A DNA stretch of 63,477 bases, filler included, from Octopus bimaculoides (taxonomy: Eukaryota): the NCBI RefSeq assembly GCF_001194135.2. It is 8 parts of 7 records of this genome, joined end to end, with 100 filler letters (N's around TTAATTAATTAA, not from the genome) between each part and the next. Parts side by side here need not be neighbours in the genome. Positions count along the whole stretch, not along the records: positions 23,961 to 45,230 come from NC_068988.1; 7 more parts are not named here. One strand, written 5' to 3'. Each line of letters opens with the position of its first letter. Position 1 is the stretch's first letter. The notes beneath the pieces were generated by a model. That model was not told the DNA's origin. It searched no databases and worked only from the letters and a program-made list of their open reading frames with translations. This document shows, one piece after another, positions 25,641 through 38,907 of this stretch. Position numbers and translations under genes: made by a program.

Positions 25641-26262
25641 GGAAGTGCTAGATGCACTTTAGTAATGGAAAGAGAATCAATATCAAATATATTATCTATG
25701 TGTATTGTTTAACCTTACAAAGTTGCAGTATATGGCTTTAGAGAGGCCCTTCTCTATATATGGCAGGCTTCTTACAATTTTTCTCTACTAAATCCACTCA
25801 CAAGACCCTAGTCGACCAGAGAATCTGATAGAAGGCGCTCTCCTAAGGTGTCGCGCTGTGAGACTGAACCTGGAACCATGTGTCTGGGAAGGAAATTTCT
25901 TACCACAGCCATATTCCGAAGGTGTCACGCAGTGTTATTTAACCCCACACCTCAAGGTTGGGAATCCCATTGAACTAACGTGCAAAGTGGTTGACTATGC
26001 CATTGGCACGTATACACTTAAAGGAATTCTTACTTAGAACCAATGTGACACGGTTGAATCTTTGAATTACATGTAAAGTTCACTCGAAGCACTTCTAAGC
26101 TTTCCATCTACCAAATTTAATTCGAAAACCTTCCCAAGCTATATTGAATATACTTGTCCAATACGCAGTGGTAAATAATCAGGCACCAATTAGGTTGTGA
26201 AGCAATCATAATCATTTAGTTACACTTTCGTCTCTCTTTCACTCTCTCTCACTTTACACACA

Positions 26263-26301
<39 letters not shown>

Positions 26302-26313
26302 ACAGACACACAG

Positions 26314-26345
<32 letters not shown>

Positions 26346-26606
26346 GTGCGCATAAACATTCGCACACATACACACAAGCACACACACATACACACACGTA
26401 CACACAACGTTATGTTTGGGCATAGTTATTTTTGCCAATTAAAGACACGTACAATTTGTTAGATATTCACTCTAGTTTTCACTCGGATTATTTTTATGGA
26501 GCACTTCTGTCAAAGTTCTTTCGTCACACGTTGTGACCTCTTTAGTGGCTCTATGTCCCACAGGCCTCCTCTTGACCTGCTTATTCTATTGTGTCCTTCC
26601 GTGGCG

Positions 26607-26641
<35 letters not shown>

Positions 26642-26663
26642 ATCTATCTATCTATCTATCTAA

Positions 26664-27725
26664 CCGCCTTTAACAAGTCGGCCGGATTTCTTTCGACATC
26701 TAGAAGTATTCCTAGGAACGTCTCGTCCTTTACTTTTAGTGGGGGATTGGAATGCTACTCTGGACACGCATCTAGACTACGTAGGCAGAGATAGGAATAG
26801 ACGGGAATGCAAATGCCTCAGAGACCTGCTCAGATGCTTTCAACTGTCTGACAGGTACCGACTCGATCACCTGGAAGAAATAATCCTACCCGACGAAACG
26901 AGATTGAGAATCATGTTGGAGAGCAGACTGCCAATATGTTTCGAATGTGGAGTAAAGGGGTACATAAAGGCAAAGTGTCCCCAGAAACACGAACAGGAGG
27001 TGGAGTGCCAGAAAGAAGTAAATGTAATGACAAAGAAAGAAACAGAGTTCACTGAGGTAGAGAAGAGAGAGAAAATAGTGAACCCCACTGAAAAAGAAAA
27101 GAAAAGCAGAGAAAAAGGAAAAAAGAAAAAGAAAATGAAGCAACGGGTGATCGAACACAGGAACAGGAGCCTTCTTTTTGAAGAAGGAAGAGGAGTGACG
27201 GAAAGAACTGAAAGGCGAGCAACAGAACGAAATAGAAATGCCAGCACTAACGACAGAAAATGAAGAGAGAATGTTACTCAAACGAAAACATAAAAGGCTG
27301 ATAGTGATGTACGAGAAAAGTGTTGAAATAGAAAAATGAATTGCAAAAATGAAAGGAGTAATAAGAGTGGGATTGGTTGATAGGGAGGAGAATAAAAACC
27401 TGAAAGCAGTGTTGCTGGATGACGAAAGGGCGGCTAAACTGACAGAGATATTCGGAAGCAGAGTGGACAACACACCATGTCGAGTTCGATACGATGAATT
27501 ACCACCCGTGGTAAATTTTGCAGATCTAAATATTTTTTTAGGTAAACACGACACAGAGTGAATTGAAAAAGCAGTAAAATGGAACTTTCTACTTTGTGGG
27601 GAGAAAAACCATTTCATCATCATAATTTTTCGCACCTCATAATTCATTCGTAAATCATTTTATGTACCCCATGTTTGTCCTTGTAATGTCCTTTCTATAC
27701 TAAGGCTTTATGCCTATAATAAAGA
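26664..27725 (+). mobile_element. Rearranged Tx1/L1-clade LINE fragment: APE endonuclease piece fused to an ORF1 zinc-knuckle region, followed by a 3' UTR with AATAAA
   Basis: The frame is open 26664-27263: PDFFRHLEVFLGTSRPLLLVGDWNATLD...LSDRYRLDH (endonuclease), then CFECGVKGYIKAKC (CX2CX4[H>Y]X4C) and a Lys/Glu-rich tract. AATAAA lies at about 27718. Confidence 0.75.
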
Positions 27726-28343
27726 AACTGGTAACTGGAGTCCGTGTGTATCACGTGAGGCTAGGGTTGGGAGCGATGACCTCTTCTCGCAAATACTAAT
27801 CGGACACAGGAAGTGTGTCGCTAGCCAGCTAGAAGAGATGCCCTCCTGGGGCTATAATCTCCAGTAGCGCTATCCCGTATAGGACGCCAGGCTTGTATTC
27901 TGTATTGCTCTTGTTTACATCTCGCTCAGAGATTTAATATAGCCTCTCTNNNNNNNNNNNNNNNNNNNNNNNNNNNNNNNNNNNNNNNNNNNNNNNNNNN
28001 NNNNNNNNNNNNNNNNNNNNNNNNNNNNNNNNNNNNNNNNNNNNNNNNNNNNNNNNNNNNNNNNNNNNNNNNNNNNNNNNNNNNNNNNNNNNNNNNNNNN
28101 NNNNNNNNNNNNNNNNNNNNNNNNNNNNNNNNNNNNNNNNNNNNNNNNNNNNNNNNNNNNNNNNNNNNNNNNNNNNNNNNNNNNNNNNNNNNNNNNNNNN
28201 NNNNNNNNNNNNNNNNNNNNNNNNNNNNNNNNNNNNNNNNNNNNNNNNNNNNNNNNNNNNNNNNNNNNNNNNNNNNNNNNNNNNNNNNNNNNNNNNNNNN
28301 NNNNNNNNNNNNNNNNNNNNNNNNNNNNNNNNNNNNNNNNNNN

Positions 28344-28409
<66 letters not shown>

Positions 28410-28410
28410 T

Positions 28411-28442
<32 letters not shown>

Positions 28443-30199
28443 TACTTTATATTTATTTTCTATAATCGCATCAAGCGTTCGGATCAAAGGGATATGTATC
28501 AAACCCAAACTCTAGTTACCGTGTTACGTTTATCTATCTTAAACTATGAATAGTTCTGTATTTGATCGACATTTTAATATAAACTTTTCTCGTTTGCTGT
28601 CGCATACATATGTACGCATCTATATATATATACACGCACACACATACATTACACATGTATACACACATACACATAGAGTAAGTAAGCGTGTCTGCTTGTG
28701 TCTGCTTGTGTCTGTGTGTGTGTAATGTGTGTGTGATGTGTGTATGTGTGTATTTGTGTGTGTATGCAAAATCTCGTTCGCGCAGAAATAAAAATAACTA
28801 ATCAATTTTCAATTAAGTTAATATAATACGCACGCACGCACGCACGTACACACACACACACACTCACACACACACACACACGCACACACACGCACACACA
28901 CACACACACGCACACTCACGCGCGTGCACAAACACACGATCACACATGAGTACACACGCGCGCTCAAAAGAAAAGTGACTTGCATGATAAAGAAAGAGAG
29001 TGATAGAGATAGAGATAGAGAGAGAGGAAAGAGAGAAGCAGCGAAAGAGGCAAATAGAAACAGATGTAGAGCGCTAGAGAGAATGTGTTTATATGCACAT
29101 ACATATGTGTTTGTATGTGTCCGTGTGAATGTGTGTATACACAAATACATACATATACATTCTTCCACATGTATGCATTTATGAATGTATACTCTTTTAC
29201 TCTTTTATTTGTTTCAGTCCTTTGACTGCGGCCGTGTATATGTAGTATTTATGTGTATGAATGTATGTATATATAAACATATATACATACTCATACATAC
29301 ATTCAAGGTTATGTATATGTATGTAAATGTGTGTATATGCATGTAAGTGCATATATAATTTATAAACTTTTATTATTTTGGTACTTGTTCCATTCCAGTT
29401 AAAACCATTTTTTAAAGAAATACTCTACAAATTCCCTGTAAAATGTAATTACTTGTCACAAATTTTATAATTCTTTAAATTTATTTGAAGAAATAGCAAT
29501 AAATGAAATGGAATCTTTAATTTGATTTTATTTACTTATTTACCAAGGTTGACTACGCATTTCTGTTTAATTCTAGTGAGGCGACGTTTTATATATGCTG
29601 TTCAAAATTTCTTTTCTGTTTAGATTTCTCCAAAAGGAGAATGAATTTTACAGTTCTTTTTGTTTTCTTTCCCTCCGGTTGCAATGTAGTTTATGTTTAT
29701 CTAATAAACATCAAATGAATATAGAATAATAGCATTGCTTTTAATAAGAACATCCAATTGATTTCGGCCTGTCAGATCAGCTGATAATGTTTTAGGCGTT
29801 TGCATTTTATAATTGTAAATGCCTTCAAAGGATTGTAAAGCAGCACAGTGGAGTTATTGAAAAATTAGGGCTTACGATTTCTGAAATAAATTTCTATGTA
29901 AATGTCATCTGTATTACGAGATATTCCAAAAATAATCATCAGTAAGGAGTGGAATTACATACCTGGAATCAGGAATGTGCGACACACAAAACTAAACCAT
30001 CGGTACTGAAAAATTAAAAACGAAAATGATCTAAATATTATTGGCAAATAAGATGAGAGAAACAAAAACATGAAACAAAAGCGTCAACAGACAATCGCAC
30101 AAGATAAAGCGTCAAAAGTATTGATTAATAGAGAAAGACTAAACGTTATTGCAAGTAAGAATAAATGGAATATATCTCGAAGTTATGTATATTTATGTG

Positions 30200-30420
30200 A
30201 AAGCGCGTAGGCTCATTGTTAGTGCCTTGGACTCACAATCAATGGGTCGTGGTTTCGATTCTCAGATCGGGTGGCACTATATATCTTTGCTTAAATCACT
30301 TGATTTCATGTTACTCAAGTTTACTAAGGTGTAAATGGATGATGGCAGCAGCAGCAGCTGGAGGTTAACCCTGCGACGATCTGGTGCCTCGTTTAGAGGT
30401 GAGCCCTTCCGCCCTTGATT
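30200..30420 (+). mobile_element. Degenerate tRNA-derived SINE
   Basis: A-box-like ggctcattgttag and B-box-like ggtttcgattctc; the body resembles 46306-46626. Confidence 0.5.
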
Positions 30421-31954
30421 ACATAAACGCCGCCTCGAAAATACGGATATGCTTCGACTCTTATGAACTTGTTCAGTAGAATGAGACTTTGTATATATAT
30501 GTATTCATATAAATAATTTTAACCGAATAAATTTTCTCATGTAAATAAACATAAAAGTGATAATTCTATAACAGCAATGCCATTTGAGAATAAAATGAAA
30601 ACAATATGGATTAAGTAGGGGAATGTTTTATTTGTGAGTAAGTATAGTCATAATGATCAGGCTATGTTGCCCAAAACACTTTGGTTTGATAAATAAAATA
30701 ATGGATAAGAACAAGTTTAGAGAGGAAATCATCAGCTTTAATACGTTCTTTCAGTTTATCCAATATTTTATTGCTATTTCTACTTATGTTAAGTATTCGA
30801 TTCTAAGGGATTTAAACAGTCTGTACGCTATAGTTTCACATGATCAAAACATTAAGGGATTTAAACAGTCTGTATGCAATGCTTCCACTTGATGGACACA
30901 TTAAAGGACGCGAGCATAACTCATATGTAATTCGTCATCTGCTGCTGAAGTCAAGCTATCTATTCTAGTATTAAAGCACGTGTACAAAATTTATGTACAT
31001 CCTCATCCTACAATTTAGCACTTATTGCAATTTCACATTGACTTATATGCCTCTTCCCACACCTGATGCAAGTACATTCAATAAATTTAAGCAAGAAACA
31101 CGCTGTTGAAAACAAAACTTTTTCTATTACCACGTTGAAATCTTTCATGAAGAATTGTCCCCGTAGTATAACAGAATGACCGAACAACAGTTGCTTTATT
31201 TCGAATCTCTTATTCTCGAATGAATTGTATTGTGTCCATTCTACAGTTAAAAATGTTTTATATTGAAAGCTACGAACAAAGCTACGAACAGACTCTAGAT
31301 ACTGTCTTTCTATACAATTTGTTAGTAACGGTTAAGACCACAGAGATTTCACCACTAATTGGAACTGTATACCGCATAATGAGGCCGAAGAATTTATATT
31401 TATTAAATTACTTATTTTGAAATGGTGTTTCTATGAGATTGCAATGGACGTCTAATCGAAGAAATAAATTGTGTTTGCATGTGAATGAAACTGCTTACAG
31501 TTTCGTTTCAGCGATATAATTTTATTTCTTTGAAATGATGCTAAAATAAGATGTGGCATTATTTCAGTCTGTTGCTAGAGTGAATGGCAAAATCAGTAGA
31601 GGTTGTTGAAAAAAGTGAACGATCTTTTGTTTTGTCCCTCTACGTTCTGAGTTGAAATCTCGTTGAAGTTGATTTTCTTTTATTTTCAGAGTCTTTAAAT
31701 TAAAGTACCAGTCAAAAACTGATATCGCCATCCAAATTTCCGCCCCATTACATATGTGGGAAATTATTATTAAGCTCTTTAATATTATGACAATTTGGCA
31801 GAATCGTCAGAGCATCTATAGCATTCATCTAAACACCCTTGTAACACCTATTCCGAATTTTTAAGTATAGCCCCGAGCCGACCGAGGCCTTGTGAGTAGA
31901 TTTTATAGAAAGTGAAAAACTAACAGAAACCTGTTGTATATATGTATGTGTGTA

Positions 31955-31985
<31 letters not shown>

Positions 31986-31995
31986 CATATATACA

Positions 31996-32037
<42 letters not shown>

Positions 32038-32765
32038 CGCGTGTGTGTGCGTACAACCAACGCTTTACAACCAATAGGGAATTGTTTGTGTCCTCGTAAC
32101 TTAGTGGCTCAGCAAAAAAGAGGCCAACAGAGTCAGCGCCAGACGTTTGCAAAGCACGTACTGAGGTCGATTTGTTTAACGAAATCCAGCAGAGCTCCAA
32201 TACATTTGTAGTCCAATGAATGGAGCAAGTAAAACATTAAAGATGCAAATGTGTAACTAAATATTCTATATTGTAAGTTATATATCTTCAGCAGACTGGA
32301 CATGTTATAGCCATCGCTGTCAAGAAAACCATTTTCACCATCATTCCATATTTTATATATACTGGACATAGCTCACAAACCCTTATTACAAAATTTACAG
32401 ACTCTAAGATAACAACACATTCCAGGTTCGAAACTGTTGTTTTACAGTAAAACATTCTAATACAATGTATGCAGTACCACATTCAGTAATGTTCATTACA
32501 AAATTACATTGTTGCTTTGCTGTCTGCAATACAACAAGCGATAGAGAAACTGCCAGCAGAAGGCGATACGATGTTTGATCTGAACCGAAACCAAGACATT
32601 GATCAAAGTAGTGGTAGGTTTATATAACTGTCTTGCTTGAAGTTTGCACTTCGACTCTGATATCAAAAGAGATTAAAGGTAGCTGTCCGAATGAAATATT
32701 TGACTGGACAACAAGTCAATTGGAAGGGTAGACTCGTATTGAGTGTAGGTAATCGTTTGAATTCA

Positions 32766-32857
32766 TGGTGGTGGTGGTGGTGGTTGTGGTGGTGCAGAAA
32801 ATACTGCTTTCGCTGCTGGAGATGCTGTTGCCATACTGCTGCTGCTGCTGCTGCTGT

Positions 32858-32898
<41 letters not shown>

Positions 32899-33140
32899 AT
32901 GACGATGACGACGATGATGATGATAACGATGGTGATGATGATTATCATCGTCGTCTTCAGCTGACTTGACAGGTCATATCCAACGCTGTCACAAGCATCA
33001 TTTTCATAATCATCAACAGACAACGACACACAGACACACACAGACACACACAGACACACACACAGACACCCCCGCACGCGCGCACACACGTACACACACA
33101 CACGCACGCGTACATACATACATACATACATACATACATA
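32766..33140. repeat. Composite (GGT)(GCT)(GAT) trinucleotide and (CA)/(TACA) repeats
   Basis: Directly visible. Confidence 0.95.
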
Positions 33141-33215
33141 CACACATCACAAAACGTATATATTTATATAATTACGTATATATATTATACTTCTCTCACT
33201 CGCCCTTACACACAC

Positions 33216-33273
<58 letters not shown>

Positions 33274-33850
33274 ACACAGAAACACACATGTTTATACATA
33301 TTTATTTACACACTCGCATACATATGCATGTATAGAAAAGTACTCAGATGAGTAGATAGTTATACACATGCTTGTGTATATAAATACAAACATGCTAAAT
33401 AGCAGATGCATATAGACATGACTATGTTAACGTCATAATCGCTATGTTCTCCATCATAGGTGACTAAGCAGTAACGTTCACTTCTCATAAACTTCCAATT
33501 GATTGATACAGCTTGGCTATTGACCGAAACAATAGCGCTTCGCTTCTCTAGTATTAATAAAGACCGACTCGGAGAAGATTGCAAAGCTAAAGAGAAGAGC
33601 GAAAGAGAGGAAGGAAGAGGGGAGTATGTTCGGAGTAAGATAGATGGCTAGATTGAAGAGGCGGATATGAGGAATAGCGTCAATAAAGCTAATCCGTCAG
33701 GAAGAGCAAATGTTCTCCGGTCTTCTGTATTACATAGAGACATTGATTTAATATATCGTTACCATAAAAATAATGTTACTAGAATATGCATATAACTATG
33801 CACACGCACGCACTCATATATATGTATGTATAGTACAAATATATGCACGC

Positions 33851-33904
<54 letters not shown>

Positions 33905-34460
33905 TATATATATATGTATATATATATATACATANNNNNNNNNNNNNNNNNNNNNNNNNNNNNNNNNNNNNNNNNNNNNNNNNNNNNNNNNNNNNNNNNN
34001 NNNNNNNNNNNNNNNNNNNNNNNNNNNNNNNNNNNNNNNNNNNNNNNNNNNNNNNNNNNNNNNNNNNNNNNNNNNNNNNNNNNNNNNNNNNNNNNNNNNN
34101 NNNNNNNNNNNNNNNNNNNNNNNNNNNNNNNNNNNNNNNNNNNNNNNNNNNNNNNNNNNNNNNNNNNNNNNNNNNNNNNNNNNNNNNNNNNNNNNNNNNN
34201 NNNNNNNNNNNNNNNNNNNNNNNNNNNNNNNNNNNNNNNNNNNNNNNNNNNNNNNNNNNNNNNNNNNNNNNNNNNNNNNNNNNNNNNNNNNNNNNNNNNN
34301 NNNNNNNNNNNNNNNNNNNNNNNNNNNNNNNNNNNNNNNNNNNNNNNNNNNNNNNNNNNNNNNNNNNNNNNNNNNNNNNNNNNNNNNNNNNNNNNNNNNN
34401 NNNNNNNNNNNNNNNNNNNNNNNNNNNNNNNNNNNNNNNNNNNNNNNNNNNNNNNNNNNN

Positions 34461-34506
<46 letters not shown>

Positions 34507-35449
34507 TCGGTGTGTATGTTTGCGTACATTTTTCTGTATACATACCCATGTCTCTGTGCTTGTATGTATGTATGTATGTATGCATGTATGCATGTATGCA
34601 TGTATGTATGCATGTATGTATGTATGTATGTATATGTCTGTGTGTGTTTATATATATGTGGGTGTATGTGTGTATATGTGTATACATATATATATGTATG
34701 CATGTATATATGTTTGCTCATGTCTTCCTATGTATATGTTCTCTATGTCTTTTGTCTGTCCATTTGTCTCTGTGTTTCATTGTCTATTTTCCTCTTTTTT
34801 TGTTTATTTCAAAATAATCTATTTTTGGCTCTCTCTCTTTTAGTCTTCCATCCATCTTTTAGCTCTCCCTCTCTCTAATTCTTCCTCTGTCACTCTGAAT
34901 CTATCTTTCTCTCTCTTTTTCTCTCTCCTTGCATCTCTTTTGTAAAATATCATGCAGTTTCAATCATTCCTTTGTTTGTTCACAAGCAGGCAATATATTC
35001 TTCCTGTTTCGCTGAAGCTACGGTATTTAGTGCGTGTCTTTCTCTCTGCTGGTCTGTCTGTCTTTCTGTCTGACTCTCTCGTTTCCTATACGCTGACGAA
35101 GTGTAGTAAGCGCTAACCTTATCGGAAATGTCTTTCTAGTTCCACCATGAGCATCAAGGAAGCAAATTTATGTTTTTCATTGTTTTATTGAACCCTTTCA
35201 AAAATAGAATAGACTAACTCTTCTCTTCAGTGAGTTTAGGTTCACTGACGCTGACATATGCTATTTATGTCTCAACATTTATACAACGGCTTCGAAATTT
35301 CTGTTATTAGATAGAGTTCGGTAAGATTGACATGAAGGTGGTTGTATTTCTGAAGTATTTGGCCATTTATATCTATGCGCTTTACAATGAAAGCTGCATT
35401 ATAGATTTTTACCTGTATACTTTATTTCCATGCTGCGGCCTATCTGCTG

Positions 35450-36068
35450 AGCCTATCGCTTGAAATCACCTGCAAAGTCATCGTGATACTTGAGCCATAG
35501 CTGAAACAGATTTTCTAATACGATTTTGTCCGAAACTAAAGGACTACGAAAGAGGATAGCAAGGGACCTACAAATATAAAAGATGCTAAGTGATAGAAAG
35601 CTTAAAGGACTCTCATAGACTAGAGAAAGACAAGAAGATGGTAGTGAGTTCCAGAGAACAGCAGTTCGAGAGCAGCAAGAAGCTATAAGAATAAAAAGGA
35701 CATATAACTCAGAAGAAGCGAAAGAGGAAACGATGCTCTTGGAAGAAGTGAGCGATACGTTTAAAGGTGTCGACAGAGAGTAATAGACTAGAAAGTTCAT
35801 GAAGTTAAAGACTATGGAAATACTTATAGAAAAGGCTCAACGAAGATACATTTCGGCAATGAGCCAAAGACTCCAACTCAGTAGAAAGAAGAGGATCGAC
35901 CAGGTTAACAACCCGATTCTAAGTTCGATCGAGGAAGTTAAAACACTCAGAGGAGAAACTAATCCAAAGCTAACAGCAATGTTCAATGCCAGGTCGAATG
36001 GTGGCGTTATAAAGATAGAAGATAATCTCAAGCGTACAAAATCTGAAAGCACAGTAGAGAGAAACAAT
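35450..36068 (-). mobile_element. 3' fragment of a CR1/L2-group LINE RT
   Basis: Minus-strand translation LYNATIRPGIEHCC*LW...FLDRT*NRVVNLVDPLLSTELESLAHCRNVSSLSLFYKYF and SRTAVLWNSLPSSC. Confidence 0.8.
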
Positions 36069-37264
36069 CNNNNNNNNNNNNNNNNNNNNNNNNNNNNNNN
36101 NNNNNNNNNNNNNNNNNNNNNNNNNNNNNNNNNNNNNNNNNNNNNNNNNNNNNNNNNNNNNNNNNNNNNNNNNNNNNNNNNNNNNNNNNNNNNNNNNNNN
36201 NNNNNNNNNNNNNNNNNNNNNNNNNNNNNNNNNNNNNNNNNNNNNNNNNNNNNNNNNNNNNNNNNNNNNNNNNNNNNNNNNNNNNNNNNNNATATATATA
36301 TATATATATATACTTTGCAGCACATTGGTTGAAAAAATCCTCTCAAACTTATAAGTGACAGGACAAATAAAAATTGATGCATTAGACAGATTTTGTAGTA
36401 TCTTATTCAGCTTGAGATTTTGCGAAATGATATTCATCTTCAACATTGACAAAGAATAGAATAATACACATCAGACGGTCTATGTGTCTAATTCATATTT
36501 ATTTTGACAGTGTTGTCTTTGCACTTCAGAATATCGATCTTTTGTCATGTGATTTTCTGTGTTCACGGCAACAGCAATGAGATTGTTGTTTAGCTTTGGC
36601 TCGTTCTTCAGACAGCCTCTGGTACTCAGCAATTGTAATTTGAAACTCCAAGATGGTTTCAGATTTCAATGCAAGATTGAAACGTCTGGCATAGCTTTTC
36701 TTTCCATGGAATAATACTTAAAATTTCAGGATCAAGTCAAAACATGTGTCTAAAAAGACGGTGCTTCTCTTGTGAGCCTGAATCTTCAATCTGAATAAAA
36801 TGCGGTTAATCTCCTCATGTGGGAGGAGATTAAGTAATCCGACCTTGTGGTAAGATAGACTTTGTTCTAAAAGTTGGAATTGATACTCATTGTTTGATGA
36901 TGTGTGCTCCAGTGGAAGTTACTTGGGAAACAACCTTGGAATTTCTGATATTAGGCAAAACTGTCTAGGTTTATCTGTAGTGGCAGTAAGAAGCAATTTT
37001 AGCAAGAGACAGTAAATATATATTTCTAACTAGAACAGTATTCTACAGCTGTCTCTTTTATACCCCCATTTTTTGGTCAAGCCCTTGTGAAACATTTAAT
37101 GCTAATGAACATAATTTTTTCTATACGCAGAGTCAGGTTCAGAATCATAGTTGAAAGCATTTCTCTTTTACTGTTCAAGAGTCTGGAGTTTCGTGAATCA
37201 CACTTATCAAAGTTTGGTAATTGCCATGCCTTAAACTCTAAGCCCTTGAGTCACTTCTATAGAT

Positions 37265-37389
37265 TAATAACAACAACAATGACGACGACGACTACAACAA
37301 CATTAATAATAACAACAAAAACACAACAGCAACAACAACATCAGCAGGAGCAGCAGCAGCAACAACAACAACAACAACAACAACAATGA

Positions 37390-37439
<50 letters not shown>

Positions 37440-37450
37440 ATAATAATAAT
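37265..37450. repeat. Composite (AAC)(CAG)(CAA)(TAC)(TAA) microsatellite
   Basis: Directly visible. Confidence 0.95.
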
Positions 37451-37490
37451 TTCTACTAAAGGCACAATGGTTGAAATTCGATAATAATAA

Positions 37491-37740
37491 ATAATAATTG
37501 GTGCATTGGGAACTCTGAGCAAAAATATAGACAAATGGTTGAAGACAACTGGAATAAAATGCCCCAAAGAGCTTCTACAGAAAGTTTGTCTCTTAGAGAC
37601 AGGAAAGATTATCAGGAGGGTTGTAAGCACTTGAAAGGCTATTGAAAGCTTGTGGATATCTAAGGTTATAGGTAGTAACACGCTACCCACATATATCCAG
37701 CCAGGAAAAAGACCGAACCTGAATCAAATCAATAATTACA
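37491..37740 (+). mobile_element. 3' end of a restriction-like-endonuclease (RLE) non-LTR retrotransposon (R4/Dong, NeSL or HERO-like)
   Basis: 37491-37634 translates IIIGALGTLSKNIDKWLKTTGIKCPKELLQKVCLLETGKIIRRVVST*, the typical (P)IVIGALG...LQK..LL.T..I.R C-terminus, followed by a short 3' UTR. Confidence 0.75.
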
Positions 37741-38000
37741 TATATTCAGTATTGAGTACTATAATATATGTTCTCTACCAAATATTTATATGTGTATATG
37801 TATATGTATGTATGTATATATATATATATATAGTTGAAATTTATAGAAAAACAAAGACGAAGACAGGCGTAAGAACAACAAGCAAGTGTATTAGTTTGAC
37901 GCTCGGGAAAAATGCAAAAGTCGTTTACGTTTCGAGCCCACGCTCTTCGATAGAAAGGAATTCGAAGAAATAGAGACAGAATAAGAAAAAAAGCGTTGAG

Positions 38001-38111
<111 letters not shown>

Positions 38112-38874
38112 ATTCATACAAACATATGTATGCACGCGCGTGTGTATGTGTGTAGACCATAGGACAATAGAATTCTCAGTTAAGTTTTATACTCCGATAA
38201 CCTCATTGAACTTGTTACCTTATCTCGATATTTTTTTTTTACAATAGACGCAAACAATATCACTGGTCGACGTAAAAGGAAGATAAAAATAAAAAAATAT
38301 CAATAATAGTAAGTAAAGATACAAAACAGTATATTTACAATTATATATGTATATATACATACACACCCACCCACACGTATATAAATACACACACTCACAC
38401 GTATATACATATAGGAATACACATAAACACACACACACTCACCTATATATGCTTCAATGTTATTGCTTATTATTTAGCCATACGATTTTCCCAGTTGAGC
38501 AAACTTATGATGAAGGACATCAAGCGTTAAACTTGCGATCATAAATTCCTAGGTTCGATTCCTGGAACAGGAAACGCATTGCATCCTTCAAGAAGACACA
38601 TCAGTTTACGTTGTTTCAGTCTAATCAACTGAAACTGAGGACTAGCTCCCTCTTTCTTTATCTCTCTCTCCCCCTCTCTACCTTTCTCTCTCTCTCTTTC
38701 TCTCACCTTACAACGATGTTCTGCAGCATCATAGGTAGGTGTCATAGGGGACATCTCTGTATATTCGGGACAATACATACATTTGAATTCAGCGGAAACG
38801 TAGCACAACTCAGTTCATGCATTCTTGCAAAGGGCCGCTTAGCAAGCTTAGGTCTTTTTTTTTTATTTTTTCAG

Positions 38875-38907
38875 CTCCATTTTGTTGAAGTCATTCGGCT
38901 ACAACAG
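38875..38907 (+). CDS. Candidate 33-nt internal exon (LHFVEVIRLQQ or SILLKSFGYN)
   Basis: Long T-tract plus cAG acceptor and CAG|GTAAAG donor; length divisible by 3; no protein family recognised. Confidence 0.3.

Noticed and set aside
32691-33145. Poly-A/D/Q/V/T/H ORFs (also at 37.1-37.7, 52.9-53.6, 55.6-56.8 and 57.5-57.8 kb)
   Set aside because: Translations of trinucleotide microsatellites with no flanking domain or splice support.
33360-33590. Minus-strand 74-aa ORF behind a pyrimidine-rich acceptor
   Set aside because: The tract is the complement of a GA-rich simple repeat, there is no donor and the peptide is unrecognisable.
38539-38808. Minus-strand ORF with CMYCPEY and an AAG|GTGAGA donor-like site
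   Set aside because: Poor acceptor; the ORF runs into a GA microsatellite and SINE remnant; no family motif.
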